Below, one piece after another: positions 45,593-60,888 of a DNA stretch of 64,000 nucleotides. Both the position numbers and the translations under genes were made by a program. Source of the DNA: Chrysomallon squamiferum (lineage: Eukaryota > Animalia > Mollusca). The stretch lies in contig CM022667.1 of assembly GCA_012295275.1 (NCBI GenBank), forward strand, positions 9,920,001-9,984,000, written 5' to 3'. A model generated the notes under the pieces. The model was not told the origin of the DNA. It did no database searches and was given only the letters and a program-made list of their open reading frames with translations. Numbering within the stretch: the stretch's first letter is position 1; each line of letters opens with the position of its first letter.

Positions 45593-48500
45593 TTCACATA
45601 ATTATCCTTTTGAGTTAATCTTATCTTTTTAATCCGTAAATTATCGATTTCATTTTTAATTAGGTTAGTCGGTCAATTTTTTTTTTTTTTGTTAAAGATA
45701 CTGACTAGGCTGTATTACAAATGCAATGCACCTTCTGGTTTTACATTTTAGTACGTTATAACATTCACAATTATATCTTAGTCAAGTTGTTTAAAATACT
45801 GTTTCTTTCACAGAAGTATCATAATTATACACAAAACGTATTATATTAAATTTAGTAGTAGTCCACGAAAGCAGTGAAAAAATATATCAAAGAAAAATAA
45901 AAACAAATTTAGACTACTTGTAGAATAATAATAAAAATGAACTGAAATAAACCAGGACAGGAATCTTGTAGCTGTCAATACCAGACCACGCCATTTTAAA
46001 AGATATTACATTAGCATTTTGTGATGTTCTAAGCGACGCGGCGCGTGCGTCTTGTGCCCGACCCCCGCGGAACGCAAATCGCAATCGCCGCGGGGTGACG
46101 GATCTCTGGCATTATCAACATCGTCGCATTTGACATCACTTGAAAAAAAACAGAACTAATTCAGAATGCAGTGCGCGCCGGCGTCTTTCCTTTTGATACG
46201 AACAGACTCGAAGCCAACGTGTGAAGCAATTCAATGAATAACTAAAACAGCAGGAGCGGAATGCGGGGGTCAGACGGAAAGACAGCGCGGGAGACGGGGT
46301 CGCGAGAGGTGGCGGGTGTTTGTGGCACGCTGTGGGGTATGATACGTTCCCCGCTATTGTGACTCGCGTAATCCCCCCGGCGCATCCATTCATCTGGGGT
46401 TAAGTAACAAACTGAGTGCGCTGCACGCGAGGTGTAAGCGGGTTAATCCACTAAAAGGCAACATTCACGCAAAGACTGGAATAGTTTTGATTAATGATTT
46501 TGATAATTTTTATTTTTTTTATTTTATTATTATTTTTTTATTTATTATTTAATTTAATTATTATTTTTTTATTATTTGTTGTTATTAAAGTATTAGTTCT
46601 TGTTGTTTTTAATCGTCATCAAATGTATCTTTACTTTTCTTGCTTTGATGTTATTTTTTACTACTATTATTATTGATATTACTGTTGTGTTTTTGTTATT
46701 AAATATATTTATTTTTATTACTGGATGGATATAATAATAATAACAACAACAACAAAAATACATAATAATTCTTTAAAACTATTTAAAAGGTAGTTTCATT
46801 TAGCACAAGCTCCTTGGAATCCAACTTCTTGTAAAAGTTTTAGTATACTCCCCACCTGTAATCCTAGAAAACCTCTCTCACTATTCACCACCCTATTTTA
46901 GACTAAAGAAGAACTGATTCATACAGTGATTCATTTTCAATACCCATCGACCAGGTTGTATTAAAACGACTACAAATCTTCCATACTCCATATTACATCA
47001 CTAATGTATTAACAAGCACTCAACTCAACCCGCTGTCCATGTAATTTGACATGATGAAACCAGCTATAAAAAAGTATTTGTTTTTCTTTTCCTTCTATTT
47101 TTTTGTAATTTTTATTATTATTTTTTTTTTCACTATGGGTTAATCGTCTTACAAGCAAACCGTTTAACAAACATCACAAACGAGATGTGCATTTTAAACA
47201 AAACCCGATATATCTTCTTGATAAACGATTTCAGACTTTTTAATTAACGAGGAAAGAAAATATATAGACTGTTACATTTATCTGTGTGCGAAAACTCGAG
47301 CGCGTTAAGACAATTTATGGCGGAATCGCGAAATATTTTTGCGAACTGAATGTAAATAAATACACGTTAATTCAAATTAATTTTATCTTTTCTTCTTTGG
47401 GATTGTCTGATAATTTTTGTTACCCGAGTCGGCAGAAATTTAAAATAAATTTCTTTGTAAAGTTGGCTTAGATTAAGATATCAAACATTTATGGTTCTTG
47501 TCTCGGATTCATGGCTGGGCTGAAAATGAACTGAATATCTAATAGCGTTAGTACTAAAATACTTTCAGATTTCGTAAAATCATTCATGGCTTTCATTTTC
47601 ATTCCTTCTTCTCCTTTTTCTTCTTTTTCTTCTTCTTCTTCTTCTTCTTCTTCTCCACTGTTGCTGTAGCTGTATGGCTAATTCAGTGATAACTTTAAAA
47701 AAAAAATTCTGCATTCTGACTTTTTCCTGCATAGCAGCAACAAACGCATTAAACGCTTTCAATAAATGCTGCCCATCAGCATATTTTATCCCGATAATAA
47801 AACTACTTTCATCTCGAACTTCCATCGAATTTTTAAAATACTGATTACGCTTTTGAAATGTCCCTCACCCCTCTCTCCCCCTTCTCAGAACAAAAACTCT
47901 GCTGGGACCTTGATTTAAATTTGTAAACCGTTCTTCGATTTGTATGCTAAGTTATTTTCAACAGCAATGACGTGACACCCCCTGTTTTAAACACCTGAAT
48001 CGGCATGCGAAAGGCGATTCATCTATTTCCAGTACAAACTGCAAAACCCTTTCCTAACAGAATCGCTTCTGGATTTGGACCTGGATTTTAATCAGCAGAA
48101 TGCGCTTAGATGTGACTGGAGAAGTGACTTGTGACGCAAGATGAATCAGAAAGAGAGCAAAAAGAATTTAAAAAATGGTGTCGCGTTATTTGAAGAAGCC
48201 ACATTACTTCTCGTTTTCAGATGAATTTCTGATGTAACAAGGAAACTGTTGGGTTTCCTAACATTAACTTAGATAGAAAGATAATGAAAATGAAAAAAAA
48301 AAAATAAAGAAAAACCAACGTTACCTTGTTTTGAGATTTTGTGTTTAATTAACTCAGAATAATATGTCTTCGTTTGCCTGATTGTGTCATTTCTTATTAA
48401 CATCACCTTAACCGTCGTGTTCTTGTTCTGTTGTCGTCGTTGTTGTTCTTCTCTTTAGTATTACTATTATTATAATTATTATTAATATTACTATTATTGT

Positions 48501-49096
48501 TGTTGTTACTGTTGTTGTTGTTATCATTATTATTGTTTTGTTATTGTTATTATTATTATTATTGTGTTGTTGTTGTTGTTAATATTATTAATGTGGTTGT
48601 TATTGCTTTTGTTGTTGTTATCAACGTCATCATCACCAACAACATCATTGTTATTGATACCGTTTTATATATATATATATATATACATACATACATACAT
48701 ACATACATACGCACGCACACTCACACAGATATACGAACACACACAAGGACAAATACTGACACACATTTTATTCAAACCAGGTGAACTATTTAAGCACGCG
48801 ACTAGAATATCTCTCTTTAATCCGAGATAATCTCTAAGAGAAATAGAGAAATAAATCGGAGACGAGAAGATTCTTTTTCTGTCAGTCGATAAGACTGGAT
48901 TGTGAAGAGACACAGACCTTCCCTGTCAAACTCTCATTACATAAAACACACACTTTAATAACAGTCATTACTACACAGAGAACTCGTTAAACCTTCGCCC
49001 CTTTAAACCATTCAAAAAAAGTAGATGAGAAACCCGCTCTCGAGACTTTAGTGGACTCTGTTTCTTGGTTAGCAGCAAGGAATCTTTTGTTAGAAT

Positions 49097-49143
<47 letters not shown>

Positions 49144-49714
49144 TTTAATGAAGGTAAAGGACCTAGCATTGACTTTGACAAAGTAGTCCTGGGTTCAGGT
49201 TCAAAACTGGATATTGCTAAATGGTGGCAGTGAGAGAGAATCGATCTACCGACCTTTCACTCTCTAGTTTAACACTGTACTATTCACATAGCTTACGCAC
49301 AATAGTCGTAATTGTTAAAGTACAGTTGAATCAATATGGCGTTTTCTCCATCCAGTATTTCCTCTTTCTTTTCTGCTTCTAATTTTCTTTTTTCTTCACT
49401 ATTTTCATTCTTCTTCTTTTTTCTATCTTCTTTTTTTTTTTTTTTTTTTAATTTTCTTTTTGTTTGATTGTCTAATATCACATTTTCACCCCTATTTTCT
49501 CCTTTCTATTTTCTTCTTTCTTTCTTTTTCATCTTCTTTTTCCATTCTTCTCTCCTTCATTCTTCTTCTTTTTTTCTTTCTTTTTTTTATTGAAACTGTA
49601 GCATTTTCTCCTGAGCCCTTATTCTTTTCCCCGTTTTTTTTAACGTCTTTTCTTCTTTTCGTCTTTTCTCCTCTTTTTTTTTTTTTTTTTTTTGATCTTT
49701 ATCTTCTTATGATA

Positions 49715-49747
<33 letters not shown>

Positions 49748-50358
49748 CTTGTTTTCTTTGTCGTAAACTGGGATAACTGGAGGCGACTGGTTGGTGCTAA
49801 TAAACAGCACGGATACTGGACTTCATCTAGGCCTTCGTCGTAAGCCATCGCAAAGACGTCGGCAAAGACGTTATTGACGCATTACGACTCAGTGAAGATT
49901 GGGTCCGATACGCGTTACAGAAAATATATTTCAACATCGCGAGGAACAGTGGAACTCAATCGGATACTGTTATTTGCTTTTGCCATCAAAAGCTTCGTCC
50001 GAATAATCGTCTTGAAATCGAGCCTCGACTCCAGTGTTCGGTCGCGATCTCGATTGCCGAGATAACCGCTGACCTTTGACACCTGTAAAGGTCATAATGA
50101 CGGCTTGGGGTGTTTGAAGGGGACTCCGAGGTTCAATCGTCTTGTCTTTGATGAAAGGCTGTTACGATGAAATCAGCGTTGCGGACACGCCCAGCAAGCA
50201 ATGTTGCAGACGATACCTTAATCACAGCGTTCATCGGAGATCGTGCTCCGAGATCAAAAAGAGTTCTGGTCTTTTGTTAAAACTTCTTTCACAATAACTG
50301 TCCCTATCGCGATATTGTATTTCGGAGGAAAAAAAGAAATAATAATAATAATAATAAT

Positions 50359-50404
<46 letters not shown>

Positions 50405-51509
50405 GCAACAACAACAACAATAATAATAAAACTGGGTAAAGGATTAATATACGACATTAATAATGACGGAGATGATAATACTAACAGCAGTATTAACAAC
50501 AACAACAAAAAAAACAAAAATAATCACCTTCCAGAGAAATTTTTCAAACAGTATGCTATGCCTGGGTGTTCCTTGTGACGTAATTCTATTACTGACGTCA
50601 TTTTTGTCATTCGGAATATTTCCGACAGCTCCGACATTCTTTCACAAAATGATTACTTTACTTATTGACAACAATAAAAAAAAAAATAGAGGACGATAAT
50701 AAATTATTAATAATAATTAATATTATGACAGCACCACTGCTAGCACCATCATCATCTCCACCACAACCAATAACAATAATAACAACAAACTTATTCATTA
50801 TGATTGTGAGAAAGCCGGATCGTAATATCAGTACTCTTTTGATGCCGCTTTCATTTCGCTTTTTAGCTGTTAAAAATATTAAAAACCAAATAAAAATAAT
50901 TACACGAGGAAAATCGAAATATCGAGAACCAAGCCGCAGCGGCGTTCAAGCGATTAACAACGATCACCACGGACCTTTCACCCGAACAAATCCGAAAAAC
51001 GCCGGACAGAAACGAAAGCAGTCGAAAGCAAACAGAAATGTTTTAGTTCTCCGTTCCAGTAGATTTTCGCAGCCTCAGACAGCTATTCTTCTTGATTTTC
51101 TAATAATACGAAACTCAAACATTTATCTTCTCGTTCAGCTGGTGCTTTTTATTCAATGATCTTTCAAACTAGCGTGGATTGATTTCTTTTTCAATGTGAT
51201 CGAAATTGTTCTCGCTTTGCCGCGTTTTCGTAACTGAATCACGTTTTTCATCACCGGTGTAATTCTAACTAAACGAAACTTTCGTTATTTTAATTGGTAG
51301 TTAATCAAGGCGGATCCACACTGAATACGAGGGGTGGGGAAAGAGGGGTAGCAGGGAATCGTTGACTTTTGGGATAACTAAATAATTGCAGAAAATTTTC
51401 TAATTTTTTTTTTTTTTTTTTTTTAATTAATAAGTGCTGATTAAAATGTGCAGTTTTATCATTCGTTGTCATTATATTTATTACATTTGTTATTATTATT
51501 ATTATTATT

Positions 51510-51542
<33 letters not shown>

Positions 51543-51827
51543 ACTGTTGTTGTTCTTATTACTGATATTTTATTTATTTATTTACTTCTTTATTTGCTTC
51601 TTACTTATACACATATAATAAATATAGGATTAACGACTTTCCTCACATTTTGTAATTTATTACTAAATTATCAACATGAACTACATATCTTTCTTTCTTT
51701 GTTAATGCTTTATTTAGTCACAGTGCATTTAATCTGTGGAAAGCTCATCGTAATAATTGACTCAAACAAGGCATACACAGATATTAGGAACGATAGATAA
51801 ATAAATAGACAGGCAGAGCGACAGTGC

Positions 51828-51883
<56 letters not shown>

Positions 51884-52037
51884 CAACAGTACTTTAGAAG
51901 AAATCCTGTGAAGTCAATTGATTTAACACAAAAAAAATTGGTATAAGCACCTTCCTCTAAACAGGAAATCATGTAACACTATTTTTAAAAACCCAGTTTT
52001 TTAAATTTTAATTTTTTTTCCTCTTTATTTTATTTAG

Positions 52038-52191
52038 GATTCTGTCAGAGCTCGGGCGGCGAGTATTCGTATAATGTTTACAAAGAAGACTGGCATGAAA
52101 GAGAATGTGGGCGGATCCTAAGTCGCGTGCAGCACGAGCCAGTAGAAACGCCCCTCCCACCAGATCTTAGCGGAGAATGGACTTCATATAG
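52038..52191 (+). CDS. APCDD1: APCDD1-like protein, coding exon 2
   Basis: Flanked by TTTAG| and |GTACTT, 154 nt, phase 1 in and phase 2 out. It encodes GFCQSSGGEYSYNVYKEDWHERECGRILSRVQHEPVETPLPPDLSGEWTSYR, matching the APCDD1 C..........PP.I.G.W.S segment. Absent from the ORF track. Confidence 0.88.
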
Positions 52192-52224
52192 GTACTTTAT
52201 TAATAATTAGCTAGCTTATTATGT

Positions 52225-52299
<75 letters not shown>

Positions 52300-53098
52300 A
52301 TAAATGAAGATATTAAAAAAAGAATGGTTTCCTCACGGTGATGAAGAATACGACACGCCTTCTATCGGCAGATCCACATTACAGTACATTATAAGTTCAA
52401 AGAAGAAAAATAAAAATCTAACAGTGATAAAATCTGACTCGAGCGAATGTTCAATAACACGTGATAGCCTATCAAAGAGTCTGAACACAGCTAGCGGGCG
52501 TAATAGCCGTGCAGTGTATCATTTATACGTGATCGAGTACACTGATGATGTCAAAGATATCACGTGATTCAGAATGGCCGAGTTCCGGCTGAAGATCAAA
52601 GGTCTCAATTCACACTTTTTTTCTTATTTTGTTTTTCTTGATATGTTTTTTTTTTTTATTTATTTATTTATTTATTTTTTATTTACTTTTTATTTTCTTA
52701 ATTTTTTGTTTTATTTTCTTTTTATCCTTAAAACCTTTATCTCTTTTCTAAACCGCCATAGTCACTCCATCATCATCATCATGACAGATATTAAAGGCAT
52801 TAGCATCAACAGCAATACTTATTTTATTATCATATTACTATCATCACCACGGCCACTTCCACTACTATTACCACTACAGTTACTACGTTTAGTACTATCA
52901 CTACAATTACAACAGTTACAACAACTAGAAACCTTTACTGTTATTATCATATAACTGAAACTACTACCACCACTACCATATCTACTATTATACATACTAT
53001 CATTGTTACTACTAGTACTACTACATTAATACCAATACTTCTACTTTTATTGCTACCATTACTAATGCTGCTGTTATTAATTCTATCTACTACCACTG

Positions 53099-53143
<45 letters not shown>

Positions 53144-53609
53144 TTATTATTAGAACTGATACTACTACTGATATTACACATTATGTCCTATCCCTCGTGT
53201 AACATCTGCATGTGTTCGTGTTACACAATCTCTCTGCACACTTTAGCACATCTGTAATATTTGCCTCGTAAAGCGCTACCACCCAGTAAGAAACATGTCC
53301 AGAAACCATCTTGTACCGGTAACGCGCAGTTAATCATCAGTTAAGCGGGCTGTGGCGCTACATACGCCAGAATCCTCGGCAATTTATCATCGTTCTCGAA
53401 GACGCCATATCTCTGTGAAGTTATCTGGTTTATCCAGTTCAAAAGCCACGGAAGAATCAAGGGCAAAGAAAAAACCACTGTGTCCACCGAATTCGCGGCA
53501 TTTTTCTCTTTGATACACTTAACACGCGGATAAACAACGTCTACGTATTTGGCCAACGTGAACTGAAAATAACGGAGAGAGATATGTGGTTCGTGTGTAA
53601 ACAGGTCAT

Positions 53610-53720
53610 ATCGTTCGGTAGCAACGTTAGTAGGGTTTTTTTTGTGGCGTTGTGGGGGTTCAGAATTGGAGGTTGCTGGGTTCGAATCTAAGTCGTGGTG
53701 ATCTTTAAATAACTGCAGCA
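53610..53720 (+). mobile_element. Possible degraded tRNA-derived SINE head
   Basis: B-box-like GGTTCGAATC near 53679, preceded by GAGGTTGCT. There is no second copy in the window. Confidence 0.3.
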
Positions 53721-53908
53721 TAGGTTTTTATAATGTATTGATTTTGTGACCATCGTATATATTTTTATTTATACACAAACCATGATGATGCATGCAGATA
53801 TGCGTACATACGTACACTGATATGTACGTATACCTACATTAATAATTCATTTATATTTACCGAGCATTCATATACATAATCTTTACTTGTCAGATTTAAA
53901 TTTTTATA

Positions 53909-53987
<79 letters not shown>

Positions 53988-54959
53988 GAGAGGTCCTCAG
54001 ATCTGTCGTCTCACTTTCTGAGTCACTTTCATTCACATACATTCATACATACCCTCAATTACTCACATTTTCACTATTATGATCACAATTATTTGCATTG
54101 CTTTCTTTTTTTAAAATTCCAAAACTATGAATGCTAAGGCCACCAACTGTTAAACAGAAAGAGGTTAATGCGTGCTCGCGAGAGCCCAGGTCAGCGCGTG
54201 CAAACGTCACTGAGTGCGCATGTCGCATGGCCTATAATTACAGACACGTCTTTTGTTTAAGGAATTTCATTTTGTTAAAATGTTTAATAAATGTGGAATA
54301 GGATCGAAATACAGTTTTTAAGTTTTAATTTCTATTTGTATATATTTTTATATATATATATATATATATATTTATAAAAAAAAAAAAACAAAAAAAACAA
54401 CAACATAAAATGACAATCCCTTTGAACTACTAATCCCAACCAACGAAATCTTTTAAATCTTAACGAAATAACAAAGATTATCTTACACAAGTGCTAAAAA
54501 TTCCGCAACCGCATTTTTGTTCCAAACACCAATTTTAATTAACCCCTTCCGTGACAACCGTTGCACAATAATTTTTACGCCAGACTCATTATCGCGTATT
54601 TTCCCGTGAACTTGACATCCACCTTATGTAACAAATCTTTTAACAAGCACTAATAAAGATAATTCGAGAAACCATATAAATCAGATGAAACCCAAGACTT
54701 CTTGCTCTTAATTGGCAATTATTTGCGGATAAAAATTCGCAGAGAGAGGACCAACAATGAAAGTCTTGGCACGCATTTAGAAGAAAAATTATATTGTCGT
54801 GCCTACCCGTAACAGTAAATAATTATTTAGCTTAAACAAATTAATATGACTTATATTTAGTGTAGCCTCGTTATTTTGATTTATTGTTAGATATCTGATA
54901 TTATTTTTCCCTTGTGTTTGTGTGTGTTTGTAGGAGTTCATAATGGAGTGAGTTGATCG

Positions 54960-55049
<90 letters not shown>

Positions 55050-55149
55050 GAGAGAGAGAAAAAAATGAGAGAGACAGAGAGAGAGAGAGAGAGAAAAAGA
55101 GAGACATAGAGGAGAGAGAGAAAGAGAGAGAGAAAGAAACTGTCAGAGA

Positions 55150-55242
<93 letters not shown>

Positions 55243-55247
55243 GTATG

Positions 55248-55288
<41 letters not shown>

Positions 55289-56453
55289 GTGTTTGGTAAA
55301 GAGGAAGAAACAGGCTGAAGAAAAGAATAGCTAAAAAAAAAATCTGTGTTTGGTAAATTAAAAAAACAAGAAAGCTAAAAAAAAAAAAAAAAAAAAAAAA
55401 GAAAGAAAATACAAATAATAAAAAAGCAAAAACTGCTTTGCGGTCAAACTTTCAAATACAAATCAACAAGACGGTGAAAATGTTAAAACAAGCTCTCAAG
55501 ACCACAAAACAATATAAACAATAATAACAATATTTCCCCAAAAAAGTTATGCTTTAAAAAGATTCATCATTTACTTTCACGTTTTCAGATTAACGAACAG
55601 TCACCAGGACTTCTGTTTAAACACGTTACAATCAAATCACGTTATCCCCCCTCCCCCACCAACCGACAATGCGTGACTGTCGACACGCCAAAAGTCGCCG
55701 CCTCGATTTGGTTTAAATTACACCTCGTTTTGACTTGCCGTGCCTTGATCGCGACACGCAGTATTATGTGCGTGACCTCGTGCATTCAGAACATATTCTG
55801 TAACGAGTTAGTAATATCCTGAAGTAATAACAACTATTTAATGACAGCGTTCGGGTGTGACATTTCTGGTCGAGGGGTACATACGAGTGTAAGGGTTAAC
55901 TTTTAAGAGGTAGTTTTTTTTAAAAGGGGAGAATGACAATCACGCGATGATTACATTCAAAACACCACCTCTCCTGTTGTTGTTTCTTTTGTTGTTGTTT
56001 CTTTTAATTGAACGAGGGTGACTTGTACAGAAATGTAATAAATGATTTTAGAACATCAGTGAACATACTTGAACATGAAACGGGGATGGTTGTGTGTTGA
56101 TATGCTTAAACACATAATGACTCAGACACACACAAAAACACAAACGCAAATCGCTTCACAAATAATGTAAATAAAATAGATAACATGTAGACAAATATAA
56201 CCACATAGTTTTTGAGATTCTTCTTCTTCTTTTTGTCCTTCTCCTGCTCCTCTTCTTCTTCTTCTTCTTTTTCTTCTGATTATTATTATTATTATTAGTA
56301 GTAGTAGTAGTAGTAATAGTAGTTGCAGCAGTAGTAGTAGTGTTGCTGATGTTGATTTTGTTTTTCTTGTTGTTGTTGATGTTCTGTTGTTATTGTTATT
56401 GCTGTTTCTATTTTATTTTAAAAAATTATTTTAAAAAGTAATATTTAAAATCA

Positions 56454-56644
<191 letters not shown>

Positions 56645-56646
56645 AG

Positions 56647-57265
56647 ATGTGAAATACGGGCAGGACCCGAGTACTTATTGCGGAAATACATATTCGACAA
56701 CTCCACGTTTCACATTCATCAGTACTACTACGAAGATCCGGACTGCAGCACGCCTCGGTACGCGATATCCGCGTACGGAACGTACAAGCTTCTTCGAGAA
56801 TCGTGGTACGTTCCCGGAGGAACGGAAGCCGAATATCAGATTGTCAAGGCGCATGTCATTCCGTACCGACCGGATGTGGCAGCCATGTTGGGTTCTCAGT
56901 TCACGAAATCGTGTTCCGGTTTGAGTTTTGTGGAACTGAAACCTTTCAGGAAGCAGTTGTTTATGAGCATCCCGCCAGATTCTGGCGACGACTACGACGA
57001 CGACAGCAAAGACGAGCTCCTTCCCTACGTGGACGACGTCGACTGTTCTAGGATGTTAAATTTTTCTCTGTCTGAACTGCAGCTGGTGCGGACGGAAATT
57101 CGCCGCCATTATAAGCACCATCACGTGATTCAGTTCAATCATCCTGAAGAGAACAAGCACGTGAAAGTCGTGAAGGAGCTGTTGCTAGGCAACGTTCACA
57201 CGAGTCGACGTCAGCGACAACGTCATAGACCGTCCGCGTATCAAACCCCGCTGAGAATGGCAGAG
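56647..57265 (+). CDS. APCDD1: APCDD1-like protein, coding exon 3 (first APCDD1 domain); the gene probably continues beyond the window
   Basis: TTACAG| acceptor in phase 2 and GAG|GTTTGT donor in phase 0. The peptide CEIRAGPEYLLRKYIF...QYYY.DPDC.TP.Y...SWYVPGGTEAEYQ...ELQLVR.E...LLLGNVHT...RPSAYQTPL matches vertebrate APCDD1 motifs as I recall them (CEVRSGPEF, SWIIRGGTEADYQL, RPSSYQPPL). Confidence 0.92.
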
Positions 57266-59019
57266 GTTTGTAAACTTTTGTTTTATTTATTTTATTTATT
57301 TATTTATCATCATGATCATCAGTATTACTGATGTTCTTGTTTATTATTTTTGTTATTCATCATCCATTCATCCATTCATTCCTTCATTCATTTCATTTGT
57401 TGTTGTTATTATTTTGAAGAAACTGATACATACATACATACATAAACGATCGATAGATTCTTAAAATCTTTATTGCCGTTTATCGATTATGACATTCCGA
57501 GGAGGAGTACATGGTAATATTTTTATATCATGTAATATTTTTATATCATGTAATATTTTTATGTTCACTTACTGATAGTGTTATAATTTCTATAAAGAAC
57601 AGAATACGTACTTTTTGTACTGTACGTAAACTCTAAAGGCATAAGTAAAATATATTCTGAGATGGAAGGCGAATGAAGGGTTTTATGCAGACGTTTTAAT
57701 AGTAGTACTATTACAACTGCTATTATTTTTTCTTTGGATAAAACTGTTACTACTACTACTACTACTACTACTACTGTTACTACTACTTCTACCACAATCA
57801 CCACTACTTTTTAAAACAGCTACTATTTCAACATTGTGTGTGTATATATAAACGCGTATATTTGAGCAAGTTTAATAGAAGTAATTATTTACTTTTTGTT
57901 CTGTCTTTTGGGAGAGTTGTACCGACAGCAAGATATTAAAAGTATTTAAAACCCAGTCATAAATACAGCAGATAATTTTATCTCATGATAATCGCGTTAA
58001 GAATTTTTTGTATTTATTTTTCGACAAAATAATCTTCGTCTGAAATTTAGCCAAAAAATTATTATTTGTTAAAATCAGACAACATTCTTTCGCAGTTTAC
58101 GCTTAACATCAACATAGTATCTTGCGACGACAAGTTCAAGGTTATCCCACTAACCAGTGACTTTAATTTAAAAAAAAAAGAAAAAGATCACTTAGAATCC
58201 ATTAACTGTAAAGAAGAAAAAAAATCTGTTGCTGGATACAATAACCGTGACCTTTCTTTCACAAGCACTTACTACCCGCTAAACGTCAGTTTTGAAATAT
58301 GGCATAGAAACGTCAATTTGTTGATTATCTCTCTTTCTATAAAGTTTAATCTAAATTCTGTCTTATCTGCCCACTTAGCAGGACCTGCATCTTCGCATCG
58401 TTTCTTGCTTTATCTGTCTGATCCATGAACTTTTTTTTTTTTTTTTTTTTTTTTCCCCTTCTTCGTGTCATCTTTGATCAGAAACCGCAACCATTAACAG
58501 GTTGTACCTTTTAGTGGAACGGTGCGTTAATTTGCTAAGTGGATATTCACGCCAGAACGCGCCCCTTAGATCAAGTCCGGCAACTCGGAGTGTTCTTCTT
58601 CTTCTTCGTCTTTTTTCCTCCTTTTTTTTTTTTTTTTTTTCGGTTTTTGTTAAAAGTTATCGATTGGGATCTTTCGCTGTCTCTCTCGCCATCTTTTTCG
58701 CTCTTATTCTATCAGATATTTCAATCAGTTCTCACATAGCGTACTTGACCCTTAAAGGGTTACAGGAGAGGTTGTTTATCAAGCCGTCTGCAGGTAGCGA
58801 CCGGGAGGTGGGGCGGAATGTCGAGTTTCGTTGATAACGCGGGCAGCGCGGAGCACGTCAACACTGGCAGCACGGATCACGTCAACACTGGCGACGGCAC
58901 GAACGGAAGCCGTTTATCGTATTTTTATAAATTACGAACTTTTCCTGATTAAACGGAACGAAATTATGTAAGCGACTTATCGGGAACATCTGTCACTGTC
59001 TCTCGTTTTATCTATTGGT

Positions 59020-59050
<31 letters not shown>

Positions 59051-59071
59051 TTATTGTTATTATTGTTATTA

Positions 59072-59140
<69 letters not shown>

Positions 59141-59297
59141 TTAGTTTATTAGTTTGTCTGTTTTTTTCTTATATTTAGTTGTAAATTGAAAAAAAAAGGT
59201 TATAACAAAACGAAAACTGATGAGAATAAGGATTAATTATTTTATAAGTACAATTCTGAAAAGAAGAAAAAGCCTAATTGATTTATAAGAACTATAA

Positions 59298-59395
<98 letters not shown>

Positions 59396-60816
59396 ACTCT
59401 TTATCTCTATTTAACTTTATTACCTTTTTACGTTTTCTTAAGACCAAACGGGTCTGTCGCCTGCGATGTATTTTTTCTTATCAGGTTTCTCGCTTCAACA
59501 GCTTACTTCAATCACTTTAGTTGTTTTGAGTTTTCACTTACGCGTATTCGTTACACCGGCCACCTGTCTATTTCAACCGGACGTTGTAAAGAACATTTTA
59601 ACTGCGACAGGTCAGTATCACGTTCCTTCTGGCAGATGTTGACATTCTGCTACAGAACTTTTCTGGTCTACAATTCTACTTGTTGCCGTGCAGAGTAATT
59701 GTATTCAATTTCTTTTTTTTTAATTTTATTAACCTCATCAAATATCGAATTACCTGTATAAAATAATCAAATAGCAGAAGCGATTATAAGTCCCCGTTTG
59801 TCAAGCAAAAGGATAAACACAAATTAAAATAAAGATTAAAAAAAAAAACTCACGCACAAAAGAAAAGATGGGATAAATAAATAATACAACAGTATATTTC
59901 GGTAGTAATGGTTTTTCAGTTTCAAGAATAAAGGATTGTTTGTAAAATAATATTAGAGGAATGAAATCCAGCTTCTCTCGTCTGTTAGCGGTAAGCGATT
60001 GTTTTATAGCTACATTCCCATAAACAGTAAAATACACTGTTTGATAAGCCAGACTTCATGCACCGTTAAGGTCGCAAAGAGGATGTTTCTTAATTGATAC
60101 AACTTTTCTTTAGAAATAAATAATAAAAAGGAAATAAATAAATAAAATTGAATAAAATAAAATAAAATCAATTAATTAAAGGAGGGAAAGGAGGGAAAGA
60201 GAGAAAGAAAAAACAAACAAACAACAAACAAAGAAAACAAAGAGTATATCTATATCGTTAACAGGGCCTAAACATACATAAAAGATTCAAGCACGGAATT
60301 CCTGTAACAGTCTTTGTCCTTCCAGTCAGGGATTGGGAGTCGAACCTAGAGCTTAACAGACATTAGAGTCTATTTTATTTGTATACAGTCACACAGCCTG
60401 AAGCTAAGATTCGATCCGGAAGCTTAGTTGTTTCCAGATTACTATCAGTATTTCACTGTATTAAGCACACAAAGAAATTCAGCTTCTGACGAACTGTCAT
60501 GTACTGCAAAGATTAAAAGAAAACCGTACTTCAAAATCCGTTACGGATTACACCAAGTTCGACAGTAATCTCCCTCAGACCGAACTCTTTTTCGATTTCA
60601 ATTAGCTTAATAGACCGGTATTGGAGAGTTACGTCTGAAAATAGAACTGTCTGGCTGAAAAAAAAAAAAAAAAAAAAATGTTTCGCGGTTATCGCGTGGT
60701 TTTCAGTCATATTCTGACTGATTGTTTGCAACAGAATCCGATTGATTGACGTAATATATAATAACTATTCTGACACGGGGAATTATAGAAACGGGAGGCT
60801 GGGGAGAAAAAAAAAG

Positions 60817-60888
<72 letters not shown>

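Noticed and set aside
53341-53721. 126-aa minus-strand ORF in intron 2
   Set aside because: No recognisable domain or splice context, and it overlaps a SINE-like B-box fragment.
57266-57331. C-terminal tail VCKLLFYLFY... of the 217-aa ORF as a TM segment
   Set aside because: It is read-through into the intron past the GT donor at 57266; the APCDD1 similarity ends there.
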